64,000 nucleotides of DNA from Octopus sinensis (lineage: Eukaryota), in the NCBI RefSeq assembly GCF_006345805.1, contig NC_043005.1, forward strand, positions 50,530,001-50,594,000, in the 5' to 3' direction. The notes under the pieces are model-generated. The model saw only the letters and a program-made list of their open reading frames with translations, had not been told where the DNA came from and did not search any database. Positions 37,591 to 50,539 of the stretch are shown in pieces (the first letter of the stretch is position 1; each line of letters begins with the position of its first letter). Made by a program: the position numbers and the translations under genes.

Positions 37591-37863
37591 TAGACTCAAT
37601 TGTCAATGTAAGACGCTTTCAGATATCTTCGAACGTAGCCAAACATAAGAACAAGGACGAGAGCAACGACAACAGCAACATTCAAACGCTGTGCACACAA
37701 TGACACACTCCTCCCCCACACTCTTCCTACACACTGAACAACCCATGCGCTCAATGGAAGCGTGAAACTTGATTCTAATTTGATGCCAATTCCCCAATGT
37801 GTGTCAAGAATGTCGAAAGATTGATAGCAATACACCAGAGATCAATCTATCTATCTATCTATC

Positions 37864-37922
<59 letters not shown>

Positions 37923-37960
37923 CCTATCTATCTATCTATCTATAAATCTATCTATCTATA

Positions 37961-38019
<59 letters not shown>

Positions 38020-38021
38020 AA

Positions 38022-38067
<46 letters not shown>

Positions 38068-38132
38068 ATATATATATTTATATATTTAATTATCTATCCA
38101 TCTATTGTTTATCTCTATCACACACACACACA

Positions 38133-38164
<32 letters not shown>

Positions 38165-38516
38165 ATCTGTTTATCTATTTCTCTATCTCTCTACTTATCT
38201 ATCTACCTAATTTTTATTTTTCACTATTTATTTGTATTAGTTTATATTTTTTTATATTCATATACCACACACCACACACCCATACGCACGCACACGTACG
38301 CACGCACACACATATGAATGCACATATACCTCCATACACAATACTACACACACACACAACACACATACACAACGCAGACATACACACATACGCAATGCTT
38401 CGACTATCGCGGGAGTTACGTTTTAAAACCCCCGCGATAGGTGAAAATCAACGAAGCAGAAACAGTATTGTACTGTGTATTTCTTTTTATTTCTTTTATA
38501 ATTTACTCTTTTACTC

Positions 38517-38897
38517 TTTTACTTGTTTCAGTCATGTGACTGTGGCCATACTGGAGCACCGCTTTTAGTCGAGCAAATCGACCCCAGGACTTATTGTCTG
38601 TAGGCCTAGTATTTATTCTATCGGTCTCTTCTGCCGAACCGCTAAGTTACGGGGACGTAAACACACCAGCATCGGTTGTCAAGCGATGTTGGTGGGACAA
38701 ATACAGACACACAGACACACCCACATACATATATATATATATACACGTATATACGACGGGCTTCATTCAGTTTCCGTCTACCAAATCCACTCACAAGGCT
38801 TTGGTCGCCCCGAGGCTATAGTAGAAAACGCTTGCCCAATGTGCCACGCAGTGGCACTGAACCCGGAAGCTACTTACCACACAGCCACTCCTGCGCC
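38517..38897 (-). mobile_element. SINE group B
   Basis: Reverse complement of the group B consensus. Confidence 0.9.
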
Positions 38898-38914
38898 TAT
38901 GTAGGAGTGTATTG

Positions 38915-39270
38915 GCATCCTTTCTGTCTCGGGAGACAATGGAGTTGCGCATGAAGTAGTCTAGTCCGGCTTTTATATTTCATGTCCTGATACATTTCCT
39001 GTTGTGGCTGTGTAGTCCTATCCTGGACAAACACTCCCTCTGGCAGGTACCCCGCAATTAGCGAAGATGTTCCTGGCTGGTTGTAGTGCCATAGTCTCTG
39101 TTTACGTCTCTTCCTTCTTTCTTTTCCATTTCTCCTCTCTCTCTCTGTCACTCCTTTGTATTCCCTCTTTTACGGTACGTCGCCATTCTCCACGGTTGCC
39201 GGCAACTGCCTCCCAACCGCTAATATTGATTTTGCAGGCAGGCCATCATTCCCTTTTGCAAACATCCTTT
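38915..39270 (-). mobile_element. RTE-clade LINE 3' fragment
   Basis: KDVCKR...CKINI..WEAVA.NRGEWRRTVKEG and CQRECLSRIGLHSHNRKC, the typical RTE C-terminus. Confidence 0.85.
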
Positions 39271-40184
39271 ACTGTAGGAGTGTATTTGTATATATTTAAC
39301 TATGCTGTTTCAAGTGAAACAATGTCTATTTAATTATAAATGTAAAATAACACTACGGAGAAATCGACAATGAACCGAGATAGGTGAACCGCAATATGGC
39401 GAGGGACTACTCTACAAGCACGTACATACACTTCCACACACACACATAGAGACAAACACATATCGCCACACGTACACACGAACACACACACACTCACAAC
39501 ACACACACACACACATATATACAGCGAGAGAGAAAAGACAGAGTAACACAGAGATATGCACACACGCATACGTGCACGTACACACACATACACAAACACA
39601 CACACACCACACACACACCACACGCACACCGGCATAAACGCAAATATACATATACACTCATAATACTCCGCATACAAAACACACACGCCCACAACGCACG
39701 CACACATGCACAGATACATGCACACACAACACACATATACACGCAAGTACATACACTTCCACAAACACACGCACAGAACACACACATTCCCCCACACATC
39801 ACACACCCCCCACACACACAACTCCCGCCCACACATCCCTACAAGAGCATGCGGACTCAAGCACATATATACACAGCGAGAAAAAGAGAGACAAACAGAG
39901 TGACAGAGACACACACACACACGCACCCATACACATGTGCACACACAGAGACACACATATAGACGTTCCCACTCCGTCGACGCACACACTCACAACCACA
40001 CACCCATTCACACCCTCCCATTCTCAGACCCTCTTTAGACTGCCTCTGCATCTGAGTCACTTTTCACCCTTCCATCTACGCACACATGCAAACACACACA
40101 CATACATACAAACACACACACACACTCTTGCACCCAATCATTCGCACACCTGTCACTATAGCTGCTGACCTGTCAGAACGACTT

Positions 40185-40222
<38 letters not shown>

Positions 40223-40797
40223 CTTCACACACACACACAGTTACCACCACATGCACACACTCTATCAGGTACATACACAGTTACCACTACACGCATACAC
40301 TTTACCATGCACACACACACACACGCTACCATACATACACACACACACATACTGACCCTTTTCCCACTCTCCTGTCCCATACAGCACTTTCTCTTCATTC
40401 CTTCTACTTTCAGTCTTTTTAAAACTATAACCGCACTTGATTGTTGGTGATTCTTTTGCCTCGATCGTCTTGGACTTTCCTGTTTTTCCTGTTTTCGAAG
40501 AAGAGCTATACTCGAAACATTAAACTACTACCCTTTCTCTTTTCTTTCTCCGAGTGTTTTCTTAATACATTGCTTATGCTACGTCCACACGTTCGTCTCT
40601 TTTTTCTTTTCCTTTTCTCTGTTTCTTTTTTAATTGGCTATATATATATATAGATATTTATAAATTTTTATAATTATCTATCTATCTATCTGTCTGTCTG
40701 TCTGTCTGCCTGTCTGTCTATCTACCAATCTACACGTACCCACCTACCTACCCAGCTACCTATCTATCTATCTATCTATCCATCCATCCATCCATCC

Positions 40798-40832
<35 letters not shown>

Positions 40833-41335
40833 AATCCCTCTATTTCTATATATATATGTGGCTTTTTCTTTCTGTATCTCTCTCTCTATATATATGTCTA
40901 TCTGTTCATCTATCTATCTGTTTTCCCTCTAAATCCTTCCCTCCCTCCCCCCTCCTTCCATCCAGCCAGCCAGCCAGCATTTAAATGTTTATCCCACGAT
41001 GGTTCAATACACCGCCCGAGAACTACCCATCTTCCATTTCTCTAAAAAGTGCCATCCAACAAAATATTTTCGTAACAGATATGTTTTTTTTTAATACAAA
41101 AAACAGACTGGCCAAGAAAAAAGTAATAATTGTATGAAGATTGTTAACAATCTAATACGAATATTTTCTGTAGGTATTCATCAGGCAGCCATCAACTTTC
41201 ATCAGCTGTCAAATCTGCCGAAACAATATAAGGAAGTAGAAAGCATAATAGAAAATTCTAGATCAGTCGTCCTAACTAGGGTTAATATGACTCTTTAGGG
41301 TCCACATATGATTTCACTATTGAAGTTAATGTGTG

Positions 41336-41504
41336 GCGTGGCTGCGTTGTAAGAAGCTTGCTTCCCAACCACATGGTTCCGGGTTCAGTCCTACTGCGTG
41401 GGACATTGGGTAAGTGTCTTTTCCACTGTAGCCTCAGGCCGACCAAAGCCTTGTGAGTTGATTTGGTTGACGAAACTGAGAGAAGCACTTCGTATATGTA
41501 AATG

Positions 41505-41576
<72 letters not shown>

Positions 41577-42150
41577 AGTAAATATAATATGTGACAATTA
41601 TTCGGTAGCCATGATAACTGAAGAGATGACGGCGTGGGTTTCCGCCCTGGCATCCGAAACTCGGAGTTTTATCATGGCTACCGTATAATTGTCACACATC
41701 ATATTTACATTTAAATTCCTCTATTTACATAATATCGAGGTCTCTTTCATTCTTTTGTTGTCCTGCCATTTCTATCAATACATATATATATATATATATA
41801 TATAGCTGCACACACACCCACATATAGATACACACACATATGTATATACATACATATATATCTATGTATATATATACATAGATATATACATGCATGTATA
41901 TATCTGTGTGTGTGTGTCATTGTATCTGTGTTTGTTCCCCATCACCGCTTGACAGCCGGGATTCATGTGTTTACGTTCCCGTAACTTAATGGTTCGGCAA
42001 AAGAGACCGATGGAGTAAGTGCTACACTGAAAAAAATAAGTCCTTGGGCCGGTTCTTTTGACTAAAACCCTGAAAGGTGGTGTTCCAGCATGGCCACACT
42101 CTAATGACTGGAACAAGTAAAAGAATTAAAGAATTAAAGAATAAAAGAAT
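41336..42150 (+). mobile_element. SINE group B split by an HHR element in its internal microsatellite
   Basis: Head at 41336-41495, tail at 41905-42150 with an (AAGAATTA)n end. Confidence 0.8.
41590..41696 (+). ncRNA. Type I hammerhead ribozyme with 28-bp stem I
   Basis: Stem I pairs 27/28 (41590-41617 with 41669-41696). CTGAAGA; stem II GATG/CATC with one bulged C plus GGCG/CGCC; GAAAC-TCGGA-GTT. Cleavage predicted after 41668. Confidence 0.88.
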
Positions 42151-42415
42151 AACAGTATACCTCTACAATACACAAAATATTTTAATAACCTTTTTCTTTT
42201 TTACAATTCCTAATAATATCTAAATATGATAAATTAATAGGATTTTTTAAACATCGAAAGGCTATGAGGGTCCACCCGAGTAAAAGGGCAATCAAAGGGG
42301 TCCAAAGGTAAAAAAAAAAAAGAAAAATGGTTGAGAAGTACTGCTCTGGATTTATACAGATTTATCTATAGAGTAGCGTAATAACGGGAGGCGGTAAGGA
42401 AATCGAATAGCAATC

Positions 42416-42859
42416 TTTCCAAAATATATACGACGCGCTTCCGCACAGTTTCCATCAACCGAATTCACTCATAAGGCATTGGTCGGTCGGCGCTTAAAGT
42501 GGAAGACACTTGCCAAGAGTGTCGCGCCGTGGGACAGAACCCGATATCATGTGGTTACAAAGTGAGCATCTTAACCATACATCTTTCAGCTTTAATTATT
42601 ATCAAGAGATTCGTGAAATATTTCAGGTAAAACAACGATTTAGGTAATTTCTCAAAAGAAAATTAACAGATCTTATAGAGGAGCTGGTATGGATGCATGG
42701 TTAAGATGCTCACTTTGTAACCACATGATATCGGGTTCTGTCCCACGGCGCGACACCCTTGGCAAGTGTCTTCCACTTTAAGCGCCGACCGACCAATGCC
42801 TTATGAGTGAATTCGGTTGATGGAAACTGTGCGGAAGCGCGTCATATATATTTTGGAAA
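42416..42859. repeat. Inverted duplication of a diverged SINE B head (arms 42416-42583 and 42692-42859)
   Basis: 168-bp arms with 3 mismatches seen and a 108-bp spacer. Confidence 0.93.
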
Positions 42860-42926
42860 TTTAGTATATTTTTGCAAAGAGCCATGATAAAACTCCGCAA
42901 TAATAAAAACGCAAATAGTACATAAT

Positions 42927-43002
<76 letters not shown>

Positions 43003-43147
43003 TAAAAGCAATTAAGATTCAAGTCAATTCTAATGAATTCACTTGAATGCGGTACTTAACTTAGATGCACCAGAAAATATATGGTGTTAACCATACAGTA
43101 ATGTGGAGTGATTATAAACGAGAAAGAAGCAACAAGAATGGATTAGT

Positions 43148-43240
43148 TTTTAGTACAATTGTTTCATACAAAGACAGGCTTTATTAAAAGTGTGCAAATA
43201 TTGCAGCAGATAAAAGTGTCCCGTACTCATCAGCTAAAAC
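43148..43240 (-). ncRNA. Type I hammerhead ribozyme, family 1
   Basis: GTTTTAG-CTGATGA-GTACGGGACA...TGTCTTTGTAT-GAAAC-AATT-GTA-CTAAAA. Confidence 0.85.
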
Positions 43241-43340
43241 ACAATGAGTTCTCCAAACATCTTAGTGGGTGAGGCTACACTCATGAAGTATTGGAGATAA
43301 TTTCATTAAAAGCACTAAGATGTTTGGAGAACTCATATGT

Positions 43341-43432
43341 GTTTTAGCTGATGAGTACGGGACACTTTTATCTGCTGCAATATTTGCAACTTTTAATAAA
43401 GCCTGTCTTTGTATGAAACAATTGTACTAAAA
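43341..43432 (+). ncRNA. Type I hammerhead ribozyme, family 1
   Basis: Same motif: CTGATGA at 43348-43354, GAAA at 43415-43418, cleavage predicted after 43426. Confidence 0.85.
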
Positions 43433-43945
43433 ACTAATCCATTCTTGTTGCTTCTTTCTCGTATATATAAATATATATACATTATTTGTAAGGCAACCTA
43501 AAAGTAAAGAATATATCCAATACTCTTTTTATCACTAATTTATCACTATTCGGTATTAACGATGTGTGTGTATATATGTATATTAATCCTTTAGGAAATT
43601 CCTCCTAACATTAACCATATTCGGTCTCCTATCTTGCCATAAGGCCGTATTCTGATTATTTATTTAATTTTGCTCCTAATTCCTCCTTTCGTCTTGTTTG
43701 TTTCCTCTTTGTCTCTCGTTGGTCTACTAATGATCTCGTTTGGAATCACATTTATTTATGTTTATATGTCCACTTTCTGTATTTATTTATTTATTGTTTA
43801 TTTGTTTATTTTCTGTCAAGTTTGTGATCCCTTGTTTATATAGAAGAGCTGGAATAGATGTATGGACAAAAATGCTCACTTTACAACCGTGTGGTATTGT
43901 GCCATTTCCCGTCGGCTTCTTACTGCTGGCGCCACCAGAAATGAA

Positions 43946-44167
43946 GGCGGTGAGCTGGCAGAATCGTTAGCATGCCGGGCAAAATACTTAAATATATTTC
44001 GACCGTCTTTACATTCTGAGTTCAAATGCCACCGAGATCGACTTTTCCTCCCATCCTTTCGAGGTCGATAAATTAATAAATTAAATACCAGTGTTACACT
44101 GAGGTCGATGAAATCGACTCGTCCCCACTGCTAAAATTTCAGACCTTATGCCTTTAGTAGAAAGGAT
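43946..44167 (+). mobile_element. SINE group A
   Basis: Starts GGCGGTGAGCTGGCAGAATCGTTAGC. Confidence 0.9.
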
Positions 44168-44401
44168 TCTTCTTCTTCTTCTTCTTCTTCTTCTTCTTCT
44201 TCTTCTTCTTCTTCTTTTCTTCTTCTTCTCTTCTTCTTCTTCTTCTTCTTCTCTTCTTCTTCGTCTTCTTCTTCTTCTTAATATATTATTATTATTAGTA
44301 TTAGTATTATTAATTATTATTATTATTACCATTATTATTATACAAATATATTATCATTATTATTATACGATATATATAGATATATTATATATATATATAC
44401 A

Positions 44402-44445
<44 letters not shown>

Positions 44446-44533
44446 GGTAATAAAGACTTTAGAAATTTTTACTACCAGTGGCCCAGCGTATAGAAAAATT
44501 AGTCAATAGACTATATATTATTCATATAATATA

Positions 44534-44615
44534 CAGTGTACATTTAAACACATTAAGAGGTATCCGTAAGGGAGTCCTATGATGGATACCTCTTAATGTG
44601 TTTAAATGTACACTG
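44534..44615. mobile_element. Tc1-like mini-MITE (near-complete palindrome)
   Basis: TA-CAGTG...CACTG-TA; perfect 35-bp inverted repeat 44531-44565/44584-44618 with an 18-nt loop. Confidence 0.65.
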
Positions 44616-44626
44616 TATTTTATATT

Positions 44627-44674
<48 letters not shown>

Positions 44675-44707
44675 TGTAAGTATATGTGTGTGTGTGTGTG
44701 TGTGTGT

Positions 44708-44738
<31 letters not shown>

Positions 44739-45125
44739 GGTAGGGGTAATACGAATATATCTAGGATTCTAAGCAAGAAACAGATTGTTAAATCAATGTG
44801 TATCGAATTGCAACCAGTTTGGCGCCATTTGTAATGGTTTGCATTTTATGACTCAGCTATACTGGATTCTCTGGTAAACTCAGAAATCTTTTATAAATTG
44901 TTGTGGCATTCAAAAAGCTAATAGCCTTCGACTCCTATCCAGCTGGTATGTTTTCTCTACATCATTGTATGTGTATCATATATAAACATGTGTGTGTGTG
45001 TGTGTGTTTGTGAGTATGCCCGCACCTGGTCGCATGTGTGTGTATGTGTGTATATGTGTGCGCGTGTTGTGTGCGTAATTATATATGTATACATATATAT
45101 GTGTGTGTGTGTGTGTGTGTATGTA

Positions 45126-45199
<74 letters not shown>

Positions 45200-45348
45200 C
45201 TAATATATATAATAATATATATATATATTATTGAAGTAGATAATGAATTATCTTATTACGTGCTAATCAAATGCCATTTATTTCATGGGCTCCTCGTGAG
45301 CGTTTGTCGAAAAGCTTGCTCTGCATTTGTTGAGAATTAAGTTCCTGG

Positions 45349-45430
45349 ATTTTCCTGAAGAGAAGGCTGCAAAATGGACCTTTTCAATCTGAATAGGGAT
45401 TTTGCAGCCTTCGAAACATATGTAGAAAAT
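45349..45430 (+). ncRNA. Canonical type I hammerhead ribozyme
   Basis: ATTTTC-CTGAAGA-GAAGGCTGCAAAAT(23 nt)ATTTTGCAGCCTTC-GAAAC-ATAT-GTA-GAAAAT. Perfect 6-bp stem I, perfect 14-bp stem II with G10.1-C11.1, all core residues present. Confidence 0.95.
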
Positions 45431-45584
45431 AATAAAAAGGAATTTTGTTAAATCTTCGTTCAGCTCCATTTCTTCCTACACTTAATATATATATATATAT
45501 TATATATATATATATATTATATTATATATATATATATATATATATCATAATATAGTATAGTATATTTATATATACAGTAAAAGC

Positions 45585-45748
45585 GCGGGGTTTAGTGTTT
45601 AGACGCACGATCGGAAAGCAGTGAGTTAGATTCACAGCGGCGCGTTGTGTCCTTCAAAAGACACTCTATTTCATTCAGCTGGCAAAAATGAGTTTGCCTG
45701 TAATTCAACGGGCCAACCTTATTACGTGTCACGCTGAATCTATCTTTA
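45585..45748 (+). mobile_element. tRNA-derived SINE group C
   Basis: GCGCGGGGTTTAGTGTTTAG head, then GCGTTGTGTCCTT...CAGCTGGCAAAAATGAG body. Confidence 0.75.
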
Positions 45749-45904
45749 GTTGTCATGTTGCGTAGTGTGGTGCTGTTGGGTATTATTGTTTCATTCGTGT
45801 TTTCTTCTGAGGCTCAGTCTGTCTATTGTTATGTGTGTGGCCTCTGTAACCTGTCTAAGTGTCGTGTCTGTTCTATGCGTTGATAATACCTTAACATCTA
45901 TAGA

Positions 45905-46110
45905 CGGTGAGCTAGGAGAAATGTTAGCACGCCGGGCTAAATTCTTAGCAGTATTTCGTCTGTCTTTACGTTCTGAGTTCAAATTCCGCCGAGGTCAACT
46001 TTGTCTTTTATCCTTTCGGGATCGATAAATTACCAGTCGTGTACTGGTGTCGATCTGATCGATTGGCCCCTTCCAAAAAATTCCGGGCCTTGTGACGAGA
46101 GCAGAAAAGA
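45905..46110 (+). mobile_element. SINE group A
   Basis: Group A consensus match. Confidence 0.9.
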
Positions 46111-46828
46111 ATACCTTAACATCCGTTATTAACCAAACCTCTATTTTCTAATTGTGCATGTTGGTAGAGCACGGACGAACTTCTCTCCTCTTTGAGCTCC
46201 CGTCAGTCGTCATCTATTCGATCCCTTATGCTACGTAGTGTCTCCTCAATGTGTGCTGTTGTCTTGTTTCTGCACAGTCACTTAGTACACCGTATGCTAT
46301 AGTAAAATGGAGGAGGAAAGACAGATGCAAACTATATAGTACACAACCTTCACCCCTCACACACACACACACACAAAAGACACATACACATACCTTAGAC
46401 CAAATGGAAAAAAACTAGACGAAATAGAAGAAAATAAAGGGCACGGTTACAAAAATATAGTAAGTAAACCCATATACACACACAGAAAACACACATACAC
46501 AAAACATAGAAACGCGCGCACACACATGTACACACAAATACTGGCGCAAACGTATGTGCAGATTAAGGATACATACCATAGAATGACAGAATGGACTAAA
46601 CAGAACAGGAAGGGAGACGTAGGATGGAGAGTCGATAAAGAGTTCACAGGACGTGTGACGAAAGATTTCCAAAGGACATAAAATAAGAACAATAATAAAG
46701 TACATCTGAAGTGAAGAACGACTTTATAGTGTGTGTATTTATTTGGAAAAAAAAGAAAGAAAGAAAAGAAAAAGAAAATGAGCATCCTGAAAATACACGA
46801 TTTCACATCCAGGAATCTTGCATAACAA

Positions 46829-46867
<39 letters not shown>

Positions 46868-46954
46868 CGTGTGGTGTGTGTGTGTGTATGTGTGTGTATC
46901 TGTGTCTGTGTGTGTATATGTATATGAATATGTATGTATATATATGTGCATATA

Positions 46955-47011
<57 letters not shown>

Positions 47012-48317
47012 ATGTATGTATGTGTGTATACGCACATATCTATGGTACTAAATGTATTGAAAAAATACACTTTGAACTATCATAAGCTGAACTACAGCGG
47101 AAGCCGGTCGCTGTCAGTATAATATGGATTTGCGCTTCTACTGTAAAACACTCTGAGCCACAACATTCACAAAAGTTTATTCAGGAAAATTATTTTATAC
47201 GAGAACTTTTCAGTAATACGTGAATTTATCTTCTCAGTTGCGCGCGATTGTGGTGTGATGCGTGTGTCTGTGTGTGCGCGCGTGTGTGCGTGTTTGTGTG
47301 TGTGTGCGCGCGTGTAAAAACACCGTGTGAATTCAGTCACTAATACTTTTTCTCAGTATAACTGTTATATAAAAAAAATTTGCTATGTGAAAGCATACTT
47401 TTGTATTTTTCTTTTCAAATATATAAGTATATGATAAAATTATTTGTCTCCTGTGAAAAATAAAATCTTTTATTCAAACAAATATATATTTGTATAAAAA
47501 TTTAGCGCATTTTCAATCCTTTCTTATTCATTCACACACCGATACACGCGTATGTATGTACATACGTACGTACGTATGTATGTGTGTGTATGTTTGTATG
47601 TATGTATGTATGTATGTATGTATGTATGTATGTATGTATGTATGTATGTATGTATGTATGTATGTATGTATGTATGTATGTATGAATGTATGTATGTATT
47701 TATGTATGTATGTATGTATGTATGTATGTATGTATGTACGTACGTACGTACGTATGTATGTATGTATGTATGTATGTATGTATGTATGTATGTATGTATG
47801 TACGTACGTACGTACGTACGTACGTACGTATGTATGTATGAATGTATGTATGTATGTACGTACGTATGTATGTACGTACGTATGTATGTACGTACGTATG
47901 TATGTGTGTGTTTGCATGCATGTATGTATGTATGCATATGTACAATCTTATTGTTGTTGTTGTTTCTGCATAGAAAATTTTCACCTTAAATATGCCAATG
48001 GAAGCTGCTAGAGAGTCTTTGTATGGCATATTTTGTGTGGTAAAGTCTTCCTCCTCTCCCTAAACACCTTCTTCTCCACTTGTTGACTTGCGAAGAATAT
48101 TGCCACCATGTTAATGTTCGACATGCATTCCAAAAAACAATATTCCAATTGGTCGGAAGCAAACGAACGGCACGTTTTTTGTAGTTCGTCGCTACAAAAT
48201 TATGCAGAAACATTAACAAGGCCAAATTCCTAAAAGAGCAAAACAAGCCAGAATTATTCTCTAACATTCAGAGCGGAATGAAACGAATCAGCGTCAATAG
48301 AAAAAAAAATAATGGTT

Positions 48318-48490
48318 TCTAATTTAGGCACAAGGCCCAACATTTTGTGGGTAGAGTCTTAGTCGAGTTCATCGACCCCGGTACTTGGGTAAGGATGAAA
48401 GATAAAGTTGATATTGGTGGGATTTCAACACTGAATGTAAAGAGGCAGAATAAACAACACAAGGCATTTTTTCTCAATCTACCAATTCTG
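48318..48490 (-). mobile_element. SINE group A
   Basis: Reverse complement match. Confidence 0.75.
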
Positions 48491-48495
48491 TCAGC

Positions 48496-48541
<46 letters not shown>

Positions 48542-48703
48542 TTTTTTTTTTTTTTATGTATTAGACATTCACTAGTACAACACCAAAAAAAAACCAAAAA
48601 AAACCCAGATATATGGTACAGAACTTCCAACCTGTTGTCTCTTGAGGTCTCTGGGTGAGACTTAGAGCCAACTTGTACAGACATAAAGCAAAAGTCAGAC
48701 ATA

Positions 48704-48763
<60 letters not shown>

Positions 48764-48781
48764 TAATAATAATAATATATT

Positions 48782-49975
48782 AATTCTTTTATTAGCCACA
48801 AGGTCTTACATAAAACAACATTAAAGGACATGACACAACATGAAAGACAACACAAGACGAGACAAAGGGTTTTCATCGTGTAAACAATACATATAACGAT
48901 AAGAAATTAAACAAAATAAAACTAAAATAAATGGAGGCGCTTTAAAGGTCCTCGCGGAAAAACCCACAAAGGCCACGGGTGCCTAAAAATAGGAGAGAGC
49001 CCTTCTTTTATTACTTCACAGTTGTACGCTCAGAATTGAACCTTTCACACTGGCTATTCCTCCAATATTCCTCCACTTTTCAACAAACATGCTAGAAGGC
49101 AACACTTCTCTTTCCACCCTCAACTTCCTTTACAAGTGAAACTTGACAAAGTTGATGATGGCTTGGCCAAAGAGGAAAGTGTCTGACTTTAGCACTCTGA
49201 GACGAGTCCACCATACTACCTCTTTCGTTACAGCCACTAGTCAACTGAAAACTGCCTGCACCTCCCGGCCATAGGAGGGCGGCGGAATAATCTTCACTAT
49301 AGATTCAGCCGGATCATATGACAGCAGGTGTTTGACATAAAGCCACAAGTCAGTAATACTCGGGCACTGGACGAGGGCGTGCAGAACGGTTTCATCGCTC
49401 TGGGCGCACCTCGGGTAGGCCCGGCTGATGGCACTTCTGTGCATGAAAGGTTTATCCCGAACAGGCAGCGCCCCTTGGTAGCACTGCCAGGCAAAGGATT
49501 TCTGGAAGTTATCTATTGGCCCAAGCCCGAAAATTCTCCGAAGCAGACCGGTCAGTTGATCTTCGTCGACGCCCCGAGTTTTCCCGAGAATGTTGTCGCA
49601 CATTCCCTCCACTAACTCTCTATAGAACGCTAGAGTGAAACTACGACCGACCGTATTGCCCTACTGGCGGAGGGCTGTGAGCGCTTGACGACACTCGAGG
49701 TGCCAAGCGCCTCTCCTTGGTCTACCCCTAATCCAGGACTGTAACTCAAAGAGACGAGCTGTGGAAAAGTGAGTCTGACAAACGGCGACCACACCTGCTC
49801 ACCGTCAGGAAACGCTGGAGATGCCGTAGCCGGAGCGCATGTCTGCACATCAGCAACCACAGCATGCCCAGCCCTCTGTTCAGCGGTTTCAAATTTTGGC
49901 ATAACGCTGAACTCTCCCGTCGCAGACGACATATGAGCGTTCAGCTTTTGTAGAACGACCTGCACAAATGATTTG
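48782..49975 (-). mobile_element. L1/Tx1-clade LINE 3' fragment
   Basis: FAWQCYQGALPVRDK...YPRCAQSDETVLHALVQCP...LW (zf-RVT-like). AATAAA at 48793-48788 on the minus strand, followed by a (TTA)n tract. Confidence 0.85.
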
Positions 49976-50039
49976 TTTATAATGATTAAATGCATGTGTT
50001 CTACATTAGCTCCTTCCCTCCATTAAATCAGCGTTTCTT

Positions 50040-50195
50040 GAATAGGTGCATGGTGTACCACGTATCAGGCTTCGAAGTAGTCAGAGAGCAACGCGAGATG
50101 AAGTGTTTTGCTCAAGATACACAACGCAGAACCCGGTCTAAGAATTGAAACCGCAATCTCACGATCGTGAGTGTAACATCCTAATCACTAGACCA
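50040..50195 (-). mobile_element. tRNA-derived SINE group C
   Basis: Reverse complement gives TGGTCTAGTGATTAGG...GGTTTCAATTC. Confidence 0.75.
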
Positions 50196-50221
50196 TGCGT
50201 CCTCCGGTAACAATGATAATA

Positions 50222-50256
<35 letters not shown>

Positions 50257-50269
50257 GATAATAATAATG

Positions 50270-50357
<88 letters not shown>

Positions 50358-50539
50358 TAATAATAATTTCATTTATTTGCCACCAGGAGAAAGAATGAGG
50401 GATACAATATAAAGACAGACATAATGTGTGGTGATTTACATATAATGAAATGATAAAATAATTTAAAACAAAAATCAAGTATACACGGTATACAGTGAAA
50501 TGGAAGGGACATATATCTAGCATACAAATGTTTAAAGAT

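Larger units (their letters stand above)
38391..39412. mobile_element. Tigger/pogo-like non-autonomous DNA transposon with nested insertions
   Basis: Left end ...TTCGACTATCGCGGG..CCCGCGATAG; right end CCGCAATATGGCGAGGGACTACTC followed by TA (CAGTAGTCCCTCG-type TIR). Confidence 0.65.
43005..43462. mobile_element. Solo PLE pLTR (minus) with inverted partial copy (plus)
   Basis: 43005-43310 is homologous to 32931-33240 and ends at the same AAAGCAATT next to (TA)n. 43313-43462 is the reverse complement of 43118-43267. Confidence 0.9.

Noticed and set aside
43715-43750. CTAATGA-TCTCGTTTGG remnant in a pLTR-like AT-rich segment
   Set aside because: The core is mutated and the GAAA half is absent.
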